From Dehalococcoidia bacterium (lineage in GTDB: Bacteria; Chloroflexota; Dehalococcoidia; Lucifugimonadales; UBA1127), in assembly GCA_965116355.1 (NCBI GenBank), contig OZ220679.1:2273034-2337033 (forward strand): a DNA stretch of 64,000 bases, given 5' to 3'. Made by a program: the position numbers and the translations under genes. The stretch's first letter is position 1. Every line of letters begins with the position of its first letter. Shown here in pieces: positions 32,619 through 40,855 of this stretch. The notes under the pieces are model-generated. The model searched no databases and had not been told where the DNA came from. It saw nothing but the letters and a program-made list of their open reading frames with translations.

Positions 32619-34397
32619 GTGCGAGTCACGGCTACGCCAGCACGCAACCCGAAATTCGAAGCGCATGAACGCCCACCGCTTTTGACGTCCCTCGGATTGG
32701 GCGCGCAGTTCAGCCTCATGGCCACGGCAACGCTGCTGGTCACGCCGGTCATCGTGGCGAACGAGTCCGGGCAGGGCGAGGACTATCTCACCTGGGTGGT
32801 CTTCGCGTCCCTTGTGGTCGTGGGGATCTCCACACTGCTGCAGGTGAAGCGCATCGGGCCGCTGGGCGCCGGCGCGGTACTGCCAATGTTCACGGCGGCC
32901 GTCTCGATTCCCTTCTGCATTACAGCGGCCAAAGAGGGCGGCCCCGCGGCGCTCTCCACGTTGGTGCTGGCCGCCGCCATTGTGCAACTCATCATCTCCC
33001 GCTGGCTGTTCATCCTGCGACGCGTCGTCACGCCCACGGTCGGGGGCATTGTCGTGCTCATCCTCTCGATAACGCTGGCGTCCGTGGTGTTTCACCTGCT
33101 GGACACGGCGGCGCAGGAGGACCCGGTCTCGGCGCTGGTCCCGGGCCTTGTGACGCTGGCGGTCGTGGCGGCGATAACTTTGCGCGGCGCGGCGCTTCTT
33201 CGGCTGTGGGGCCCGGTCATCGGCATCGTGGCGGGCACGGCCACGGCGGCGGCGATGGGCGTGTACGACCCGGCTCGCGTGGTGGACGCCGCATGGGTGG
33301 GCGTGCCCGCGTCTGCGCCGGGGCTGGCGTTCGACTTCGGCATAACGTTCTGGACGCTGCTGCCCTCCTTCCTCTTCCTGGGCGTCATCTTCTCGATTCA
33401 CACGAACGGCGAGTCCATCGCGATGCAGCGCGTGGCGTGGCGCGATGACCGTGCAGTCGACTTCAAGGAAGTGCAGAGGTCGCTGGCGAGCGGCGGGATC
33501 AGCAACCTCCTCGCGGGCCTTGGGAGCACCGCGCCGAACATCATCAACTCGGGCATCATCGCGTTCACGCGGACCACCGGAGTAGCATCGCGCTCGGTCG
33601 GGTACAGCATCGGCATCATCTTTCTGGCGCTGGCATTCACGCCGAAGTTTTCGGCGCTGTTCAGCACGATTCCGGGGCCGGTGATGGCGGGGTACCTCAT
33701 GCTGGTCTGCGGCACGCTCTTCGTGGACGGGGCGCGGACGGTGATCCTCAATGAACCAAACCGCGAAAAGGTGGTTGCCGGCGGCATCTGCTTCTGGATC
33801 GGCGCGGCGTTCCAATTCGGGCTGATCACGCTGCCGGACGTCGGGCCGGTGGTTGGCGGGCTGTTCAAGAGCGGGATCACGACGGGCGGGTTCGCCGCAA
33901 TTCTGATGATCCTCTACCTGGAACTCACAAATCCGCGCAGGATGCGCTTTCAATCCCGGCTGGATGTGGAGTCACTGCCGGAACTGAACGAATTCATCGA
34001 TAAATTTGCCGCCAGACGCAGGTGGAACACGGCGATGCGGGACCGACTTTCGGCCGTGGCGGAGGAAACGCTGCTGACGCTCTCGCCGTTGGACCTGACC
34101 GGCGAGAAGCAGCCTCGACAGGCGGAGGCGACCACCGATGAGGAGCGGCGATTGGTGGTGGTCGCGTCGAGCGAGGGGCAGTCGGCCGACCTGGAGTTCA
34201 TAGCGGGGCCGAGCGGCGACCTGAACATCGAGGACCGGATCCGGCAGCTCCAGCAGCACGATGCGGACTCGGTCGTGGAGAACGAGACGTCGCTGGTGCT
34301 GCTGCGGGCGTATGCGGCGTCCGTGCGGCACCAGCAGTTCCACGGCACGGACATCATCACCGTTCGGGTGAACCAACCGAGCGTCACGAACACGTAG
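32619..34397 (+). CDS. NCS2 (nucleobase:cation symporter-2 / xanthine-uracil permease) family transporter with about 150-aa C-terminal cytoplasmic domain
   Basis: The N-terminal roughly 440 aa are polytopic and NCS2-like (...AQFSLMATATLLVTPVIVA..., ...INSGIIAFTR...). The C-terminal soluble extension starts at about nt 33930. Confidence 0.8.
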   Translation: MRVTATPARNPKFEAHERPPLLTSLGLGAQFSLMATATLLVTPVIVANESGQGEDYLTWVVFASLVVVGISTLLQVKRIGPLGAGAVLPMFTAAVSIPFCITAAKEGGPAALSTLVLAAAIVQLIISRWLFILRRVVTPTVGGIVVLILSITLASVVFHLLDTAAQEDPVSALVPGLVTLAVVAAITLRGAALLRLWGPVIGIVAGTATAAAMGVYDPARVVDAAWVGVPASAPGLAFDFGITFWTLLPSFLFLGVIFSIHTNGESIAMQRVAWRDDRAVDFKEVQRSLASGGISNLLAGLGSTAPNIINSGIIAFTRTTGVASRSVGYSIGIIFLALAFTPKFSALFSTIPGPVMAGYLMLVCGTLFVDGARTVILNEPNREKVVAGGICFWIGAAFQFGLITLPDVGPVVGGLFKSGITTGGFAAILMILYLELTNPRRMRFQSRLDVESLPELNEFIDKFAARRRWNTAMRDRLSAVAEETLLTLSPLDLTGEKQPRQAEATTDEERRLVVVASSEGQSADLEFIAGPSGDLNIEDRIRQLQQHDADSVVENETSLVLLRAYAASVRHQQFHGTDIITVRVNQPSVTNT

Positions 34398-34596
34398 GCG
34401 CGCCGGGGCCAAAGCTGCCATCCTCGCCTCGCCGACCCGCCGGCGGCCTCGCTACGGATGGCGCGAGATTTCCAGCGAAACGAGGGCTGGCGGTTGCCTG
34501 CCCGCGCCTGTAGCATAACGCCAAGTGAGAGTGTCCGCGGGCATCGGACTTCGGGCTTTCGCTAGCCGCATCACCCAGGCAGGTGGGAATGTCCCG

Positions 34597-36210
34597 ATGA
34601 TGGAATACAAGGTGCCCCGCAACTATTCCGTGCACGTGCTGACGGCATTGGCGTTTCTGTTTGTCGCAGGGTTTGCCGCAGTGGCCTACTTCCGGTTCAG
34701 CGACGAGCCGTTGACCGGAGACACGCTGACTTCGACAGCGCCGGCTGCCGTCGAGGTTGCGCAGAGCTCGAACGGGCAGCCGGCCGCTGCGGCTGCGGGC
34801 GCCGCCGTAGCGCCAGCGAATCAGACTGCGCCAATCCAAGACACGCTTATCGCTTCCACGGCGACGTGGGAGAGCCTTCCGGCGTCCACGAGGCTCGCGC
34901 TTTCGAAGCGATCGCTGGCTGACCGCATCCTCGCGCTGCCCTGGGTGGAGGACGGCGTCAGCGCGGAGGAGCAGGCGGAAGTCGACCGGCTGGTGGCGAT
35001 GGAGCTGGCGTTTGGCTGGGAGGGCGACCCGGCGCTAGTGGGGAAGGAGTGGGTGGTTGACGGCCTCGACGAGGACGAGCGGTCAACCGTCGCGCTGCTG
35101 GAGTCGCTGGCAGTGGAATCCGAAGCGGGTGGCCGGGTGTTCCGGCTCGCGTTTCTTGACTCGCTGGAGGAGACGGACAAGCCGAGCCTGGACTTCCTAA
35201 CGAGCCTGTCGAGAACGGACTACGGGCTTCGTCTGCTGGGCGTGATCGTCGACAAGGGGTGGGTGAGCGACGGCCTCGGGGCAACGGAGCTGGCCGTCCT
35301 GAGGACGTTGCACTCGCTGGAGGACAAGGCAGAGGACGAGGCGATCCTGATTGCCGGCATGGCGCTCCTGGACTCGGTGGAGTCCGACGACCTGCCTGCG
35401 GTGCAACTCCTGGCGAGCGTCGGCACCCGCGACCAGCCGCTGCTTTCGAGGTTGCTGCAGAAGACTTGGGTGCAAGACGGATTCGACGCGGAGGAGGCCC
35501 GCGTCGTCACGTCGCTGGGATCGCTGGCCGGGCAGGACCGGGTGAGCGCGCTGGCGATCGCGACCATGCCCTTCCTCGACGAGGTTGAGCATGGGGACGC
35601 GGAGTCGGCTCGCTTCCTGGCGGACCTGAGCCTCCGCCGTCCCGAGGTATTTCGCGCGACGGAGGACAGGGTATGGGTGCGCGATGGCATCGATGCGCTC
35701 GACGTGAAGGTGCTCGACTTTCTGGACTCACTGGCAGACACCAGCATCGAGAGCGCCCTGTTCGTTGCGGCGCTACCGTTCCTTGAGACGCTCGAACCGG
35801 CTGACGCGGAGACTGCGTTCGTGTTGTCGGGCCTGGGGGCGCGGCACCCGGCGTTGTTTGGAGAGGCGCTGGGGAGGACGTGGGTGCGCGACGGCATCGA
35901 CGAGGCGGAGGCGTTGCTGGTCAGGGAAATGGAGCTGATGCAGGACAGGCAGGTGGCTACTCGACGGTGGATTGTGGCAGACCGCAACGGCGGAGGCGAC
36001 AGGCCGTTCCTCCGGGGAAGCCTGGGACGCCGCTTCGACAGCGACGAAAACAGCGTCATCAGCTACTACGAGGCCGTCGCGGCTGCGGAGGCGCACCTTC
36101 GCGATGAGCTGAGCGGCGGGGATTTTGAGCAGATCGCCTCGCTGTACCTCTTCGCGGATGGCCTGGTCGGCGTGCCTACGGCGTTGGAGCTGGCGGCGGT
36201 ACAAGGTTGA
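34597..36210 (+). CDS. Membrane-anchored protein with about 69-aa tandem helical repeats (W-V-x-D-G repeat)
   Basis: ATG 34597. It has an N-terminal TM (VHVLTALAFLFVAGFAAVAYF) and an Ala-rich linker. Repeats then begin at W116, W152, W222, W291, W360 and W429, giving periods of 36, 70, 69, 69 and 69 aa. Confidence 0.65.
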   Translation: MMEYKVPRNYSVHVLTALAFLFVAGFAAVAYFRFSDEPLTGDTLTSTAPAAVEVAQSSNGQPAAAAAGAAVAPANQTAPIQDTLIASTATWESLPASTRLALSKRSLADRILALPWVEDGVSAEEQAEVDRLVAMELAFGWEGDPALVGKEWVVDGLDEDERSTVALLESLAVESEAGGRVFRLAFLDSLEETDKPSLDFLTSLSRTDYGLRLLGVIVDKGWVSDGLGATELAVLRTLHSLEDKAEDEAILIAGMALLDSVESDDLPAVQLLASVGTRDQPLLSRLLQKTWVQDGFDAEEARVVTSLGSLAGQDRVSALAIATMPFLDEVEHGDAESARFLADLSLRRPEVFRATEDRVWVRDGIDALDVKVLDFLDSLADTSIESALFVAALPFLETLEPADAETAFVLSGLGARHPALFGEALGRTWVRDGIDEAEALLVREMELMQDRQVATRRWIVADRNGGGDRPFLRGSLGRRFDSDENSVISYYEAVAAAEAHLRDELSGGDFEQIASLYLFADGLVGVPTALELAAVQG

Positions 36211-36336
36211 GTGTTCGCCGACGCCTGGCGCGTTGTTTCACGACCCTTCGCTGAGGTGGATGCTGTCGCGCGCGTGACGGGCTTCGTATAATTCGGGCAG
36301 GCGCCGCTTGTGCCGTCGATGCTAAATGTGAGGTGC

Positions 36337-37818
36337 ACCGTGTGGTTTGTGCCCAAAGTGATGAGCACGCAACATCCCGACAACGCCACTCCCGCGCCCT
36401 TCGCCGATGAGGAAGGCGTCCTGAAGGGCGAGGGGGAGGTGGACGAGGCCGCCGAGATCTTTGCGCTCGGCTGCAACGAGCAGATGTGGGACTCCGAGGG
36501 CAAGGAGGCGGACAACCACGTTGTGCAGAAGCTGCTGACGGGGTACGCGGACTTCTTCCAGCAAGAGCGTCGGCTGGGGCATGACGTGATCCTGACGCTG
36601 CGCGTGCCCAACCCCTCGGTGGAGCGGGACATGCGGAAGTCTATGGTGGAGGCGCTGCAGAGCGTGCCCTCAGCGTGGGACGTTGCCAACGGCTTCTACC
36701 CGGACATGGACGACGAGAACGCACCCATCCAGGAGGTCATCCTGCCGTTCACGACGAGCGCGCAGGAGCTCCGGCTCGTCGAGGCGTACTACCGGCAGAT
36801 CATCGTGGGGCAGGAGCAGCACGCGCTGCCGGGCGGGCGGACGATCCAGGACTGGATCGGAGAGTTCTCGCCGAAGCGTATCCGGATGATCCCCTTGGTC
36901 GAGGACCGGGACAACATGCTGCGTAGCGACGCGATCGTCGAGGAGTACCTGTATGGGCGGGAGGTGCCGTACCAGCGGGTGTTCCTGGCGCGGAGCGACC
37001 CGGCTCTCAACTACGGCATCGTCGGGGCGGAGCTCATCCTCAAGGTGGCGCTGCAACGGCTGCACCGGCTGGAGGGGCGGCTGGGCATCCCGATGTACCC
37101 GATCATCGGGGCAGGGTCGGCGCCCTTCCGCGGGCATCTGAACCCGCTGAACATCGACCGCTCGTTCGTGGAGTACCCGAGCGCGCAAACGGTGACGGTG
37201 CAGTCGGCGTTCAAGTACGACTACGACCGGGACACGGTGCGCGAGTCCATCGCGCTGCTGCGGGCGCACACGCGCCGCGAGCCCCGGCCCATCGACGAGG
37301 ACAGGGCGATTTCACTCATCGCCAAGGCGTCGGCGGGGTACCAGAAGCGGGTGGTGGAACTGACCAACGTGATCGCCGCGGCGTCCGCCCACGTGCCTCG
37401 GCGGCGGGAGCGCAAGATGCACGTGGGGCTGTTCGGCTACGGGCGCTCGCTGGACGGCGTGGGTGGGGCGACGCTGCCGCGGGCCATCGGCTTTGCGGCG
37501 TCGCTGTACTCGATCGGCGTGCCGCCGGACCTGCTGGGGCTGAGCGCGTTTGACGAGGACGACTGGGCGTTCATTCGCGACAGCTACCCGAGCGTCGACG
37601 AGGACCTGCGGGCGGCGCTTCGGTACACGAACGAGCGGCACGTGCGGGAGCTGCTGGGCGAGGACTCGATGAACGTCGTCGCGCGGTTCACGGACGAGGT
37701 GGACCGCATCCACGAGGGTCTGACGAGCGCGATCTGGGCGGCCATCAAGGACGAGTCGCGGGTGCAGGTGCGGCCCTACGTGGAGCAGGCCGCGAAGCTG
37801 CGCCGGTACCTCGGCTAA
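36337..37818 (+). CDS. ppcA: Archaeal-type phosphoenolpyruvate carboxylase (PepcA)
   Basis: The N-terminal ...VPKVMSTQHPDN...GE.EVDEA...LGCNEQMWDSEGKEADNHVV.KLL is the hallmark of the roughly 500-aa archaeal-type PEPC. The start is uncertain: GTG 36337 follows GAGGTG, and alternatives lie at 36310-36358. Confidence 0.85.
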   Translation, partial: TVWFVPKVMSTQHPDNATPAPFADEEGVLKGEGEVDEAAEIFALGCNEQMWDSEGKEADNHVVQKLLTGYADFFQQERRLGHDVILTLRVPNPSVERDMRKSMVEALQSVPSAWDVANGFYPDMDDENAPIQEVILPFTTSAQELRLVEAYYRQIIVGQEQHALPGGRTIQDWIGEFSPKRIRMIPLVEDRDNMLRSDAIVEEYLYGREVPYQRVFLARSDPALNYGIVGAELILKVALQRLHRLEGRLGIPMYPIIGAGSAPFRGHLNPLNIDRSFVEYPSAQTVTVQSAFKYDYDRDTVRESIALLRAHTRREPRPIDEDRAISLIAKASAGYQKRVVELTNVIAAASAHVPRRRERKMHVGLFGYGRSLDGVGGATLPRAIGFAASLYSIGVPPDLLGLSAFDEDDWAFIRDSYPSVDEDLRAALRYTNERHVRELLGEDSMNVVARFTDEVDRIHEGLTSAIWAAIKDESRVQVRPYVEQAAKLRRYLG

Positions 37819-37862
37819 CGGCCGAGCCGGCCGCGGGAGGACGCCGCGGCAAGGAGGCGCCA

Positions 37863-39131
37863 ATGCTGACCGCAGAGGAGAACGAGCGGTTTACCCAGGT
37901 GGGACCCGGCACCCCGATGGGCAAGCTCATGCGGTGGTACTGGCACCCCATCGCGACGGCGTCACAGCTCGACGAGAACCCGGTGCGGGCGGTGCGGCTG
38001 CTGGGGGAGAACCTGGTGCTCTTCCGCGACCGGTCAGGCAGGATGGGGCTGGTCGAGGGCCGGTGTGCGCATCGTCGCGTCGAGCTTCGCTTCGGGATCC
38101 CGGAGCCGGAGGGGCTGCGGTGCGCGTACCATGGGTGGCTGTACAGCCCGGAGGGGCAGTGCCTGCAGATGCCGGACGAGCCGGCCGACAGCACGTACCC
38201 CAGCCGGGTGAGGCTGCAAGCGTACTCGGTGCGGGAGCTGGCCGGAGTCGTGTTCGCGTACCTTGGCCCGGAGCCGGCGCCGCTGCTGCCGAACTGGGAC
38301 CTCTTCGTCATGGAGAACGTTGCGCGGGACGTGGGGTTCCAGGTGCTCAACTGCAACTGGCTGCAGGTGCAGGAGAACGACATGGACCCGGCGCACCTTG
38401 AGTGGCTGCACGGGTATTTTGCGAACTACGCGCTGGAGCGCATCGGGCGGCCTGACCTGCAGCGGCCGCAGCGCGGCGGCGGGAGCGGCCCTCGGACGCC
38501 CGTCGGCGAGCGGCGGGACTGGGCGGTGTACGACCAGGGCATCATGAACTACGCCAAGACCTCCAACGGCCTCCGAGAGGTGCGGCCCTCCATCTTCCCG
38601 AACGTCAACAGCTTCACCACGGACTTCATGTACCGGGTGCCGATGGACGACACGCACACGCTGCACGTCTTCTTCACCTCCTACACGCAGGACCCGGACG
38701 AGCCGCCGCAGGAGAGCGTGCCGTACTACATCGTGCCGCCGTCGGTGGACGCGCACGGCGACCCTATCTGGGACGAGCTGGACAACAACGGCGGGCAGGA
38801 CGCGATGGCGTGGCTTGCGCAGGGGCCCATCGTCGACAGGACGAAGGAGCGGCTGGGCGAGTCGGACCGGGGCGTGCTGATGTACCGGGAACTGCTGCGG
38901 CAGCAGCTTCGCATCGTCGAGGACGGCGGGGAGCCGATGAACGTGGTGCGCGACCCTGCGAAGAACATGTGCATCGCGGTGCCCCCACGGGACGGCTCGC
39001 CGCTGGTGTGGGACGGCCCGAGCGAGCACCTGATGAACCGGGTGACGGGGCCGTACAAGCACTCGCCGGTGGTGCGGGAGATGGTGAAGAAGCACCGCGG
39101 CGAGGACGCGCTGGAGGGGCCGGTCCACTAG
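37863..39131 (+). CDS. Rieske [2Fe-2S] non-heme-iron oxygenase, alpha-subunit-like
   Basis: Rieske motif CAHRRVEL...CAYHGW. A mononuclear-iron motif NDMDPAHLEWLHG (D-x2-H-x4-H) is also present. Confidence 0.85.
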   Translation: MLTAEENERFTQVGPGTPMGKLMRWYWHPIATASQLDENPVRAVRLLGENLVLFRDRSGRMGLVEGRCAHRRVELRFGIPEPEGLRCAYHGWLYSPEGQCLQMPDEPADSTYPSRVRLQAYSVRELAGVVFAYLGPEPAPLLPNWDLFVMENVARDVGFQVLNCNWLQVQENDMDPAHLEWLHGYFANYALERIGRPDLQRPQRGGGSGPRTPVGERRDWAVYDQGIMNYAKTSNGLREVRPSIFPNVNSFTTDFMYRVPMDDTHTLHVFFTSYTQDPDEPPQESVPYYIVPPSVDAHGDPIWDELDNNGGQDAMAWLAQGPIVDRTKERLGESDRGVLMYRELLRQQLRIVEDGGEPMNVVRDPAKNMCIAVPPRDGSPLVWDGPSEHLMNRVTGPYKHSPVVREMVKKHRGEDALEGPVH

Positions 39132-39462
39132 GGAGCGCCGCTGCATAGCCCAGCAGCCCTCAAAGCCAACTGTGGTCTGGCACCTTCGACTGGATTGAGA
39201 AGGACGAGGGTCTCCTCTGGAGGGAACGTTCCCTTTCCTTCCGGCAATTGGTTGTGACAACACTTTCCTCCATTATTAGTACGCACTACCTCTCGTGAGC
39301 TTCACTGCCGAGCCGAAATGCCGGTAGCCTTCGACACCCTACTTAGATTTGGGAATTGCTTTGAACCCAGCCACACTGCCAACGCCGGCTGGAACCTGCT
39401 TCTGTCGGATTGCTCCCTAGAACACGCGGGGCACCCCATCTCCAGAGTTTGAAGAAATAGTG

Positions 39463-39490
39463 TTGACAAAGTAAATACTATGTCTATACT
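39463..39490 (+). promoter_or_regulatory. Strong sigma-70-like promoter of the heme-uptake operon
   Basis: TTGACA (39463-39468) plus a 16-nt spacer plus TATACT (39485-39490), in an AT-rich island. Confidence 0.5.
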
Positions 39491-39506
39491 AATTTCTGAA
39501 CATAGT
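39477..39506 (+). promoter_or_regulatory. Inverted repeat (candidate operator) overlapping the -10 element
   Basis: ACTATGT (39477-39483) and ACATAGT (39500-39506) are exact reverse complements separated by 16 nt. Together they bracket the -10 hexamer and the predicted transcription start. Confidence 0.35.
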
Positions 39507-39596
39507 CTGCTATCAATCCAATGCTGTGTGGAACCCACGGCCCATGCTTTCAGGGTTCGCCACAAGCGCGCATGGGATTGGAAATCTGGAGGCGAA

Positions 39597-40775
39597 ATGG
39601 CGATTCGAGCATTTTCCAGTCGATGGTTGAGCGTCGTTGCCGCGGCGACGATTCTCGGTCTCCTGGCGGCCTGTAGCGGCGGCGAGGGCGATGACCGGCA
39701 AACCGCGGGGGCAGGGTCGCAGCGCGTGGCGTCTGTACCGGTTGTCGTGCCAACGGCGGTCACTACGAGCAGCGCAACAGTCGCTGCGATACTACCCACA
39801 CCGGCGCCGACCGTTGCTTCAGCCCCTGCCCCCACGCCGGCACCCACCACGCCGCCGGACCCGGTGACGGTCGTCGAGCCGGCGCCGACCGCGACGGGCG
39901 AAGTGGAAGAGCCCGCACCACCTGTTCTTCCTGCGACGATTGTGGATGTTCAGGGCAACGTGGTTGTTGTCGAGGACGTCAGCAGGATAGTGGTGCTGAA
40001 CGGGGACTTTACCGAGGTGGTCTTCGCGCTCGGCCTCGGCGAACACGTCGTTGCGGTCGACAGCAGCGCAACCTATCCGGATGAAGTCCAGGAACTTCCG
40101 CAGATTGGCTACCAGCGGTCGCTGAGCGCCGAGGGCATCCTCTCAATGAATCCCACCCTTGTGATCGGAAACCTCAATGCGGGCCCACCGGAAGTGCTCG
40201 AGCAGGTCCGTTCGACGGGGGTCCCGGTAGTCATTCTGGACAACGTTTCCACCATTGACGGGGCCGCGCAGAAGATCCGCAATATCTCGGTTGCACTCGG
40301 CGTTCCTGACCGCGGCGAAGAGCTGGCGACAGACCTGGAGACGCAGATAGAGGAAGTGCGGGCGCTGGTAGCTCACGTGGAGGAGAAGCCAACAGCCGTG
40401 TTCCTCTACATGCGGGGGCTGGACTCGCTGTTCCTCATCGGCAGGGACCATCTCAGCCACGAGCTCTTCGAGGCGACCGGTGCCATCAGCGGCGGCGCGG
40501 CGGCAGGCGTGATGCGGCCCTTTGTGCCGTTGACGGCGGAGGCCCTCGCCGCGGCGAACCCTGATTGCATCGTTGTCCTGACAGCCGGGCTGATGTCCGT
40601 GGGCGGCCGCGACGGACTTCTCACGATCCCGGGCGTGGCGCAGACCAAGGCCGCGCAGGAGGGCTGCATCGTCGACTTCGACGACCAGTACTTCGGCGGC
40701 GGCGGCCCGCGCATGGGGCAAGTCCTGATGGACCTGCTGCGCGTATTCCACCCTGACCTGGCGCCTGCCCAATGA
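39597..40775 (+). CDS. hmuT: Hemin/heme ABC transporter substrate-binding lipoprotein (HmuT/ChuT-like, cluster A-II SBP)
   Basis: ATG 39597 follows GGAGG. There is a lipobox LLAAC and a Pro/Thr/Ala-rich linker. The SBP core follows (...RIVVLNGDFTEVVFALGLG..., ...PTLVIG...). It sits with FecCD permease, ATPase and heme-degrading genes. Confidence 0.8.
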   Translation: MAIRAFSSRWLSVVAAATILGLLAACSGGEGDDRQTAGAGSQRVASVPVVVPTAVTTSSATVAAILPTPAPTVASAPAPTPAPTTPPDPVTVVEPAPTATGEVEEPAPPVLPATIVDVQGNVVVVEDVSRIVVLNGDFTEVVFALGLGEHVVAVDSSATYPDEVQELPQIGYQRSLSAEGILSMNPTLVIGNLNAGPPEVLEQVRSTGVPVVILDNVSTIDGAAQKIRNISVALGVPDRGEELATDLETQIEEVRALVAHVEEKPTAVFLYMRGLDSLFLIGRDHLSHELFEATGAISGGAAAGVMRPFVPLTAEALAAANPDCIVVLTAGLMSVGGRDGLLTIPGVAQTKAAQEGCIVDFDDQYFGGGGPRMGQVLMDLLRVFHPDLAPAQ

Positions 40776-40855
40776 TCAGCTTGAACGCCGCCAGAAGGCG
40801 CGTGCCCCCATGGCCGCTGGGCCGAACGAAAACCCAGCGGCAGGAGGGGTCGCGG

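Noticed and set aside
32466-33953. A 495-aa minus-strand ORF across the NCS2 permease, with the similar 57430..59040 (536 aa), 58733..59926 (397 aa) and 51524..52870 (448 aa) minus-strand ORFs.
   Set aside because: All are antisense to genes with strong family signatures (NCS2, MFS, Gfo/Idh/MocA, cobS/cobC). All translate to Arg/Pro/His-rich low-complexity sequence.
39222-39233. A 12-bp perfect palindrome GGGAACGTTCCC downstream of the Rieske oxygenase gene.
   Set aside because: It is too short and effectively loop-less to form a stable terminator hairpin, and it occurs only once in the window. It is noted but not called as a regulatory site.
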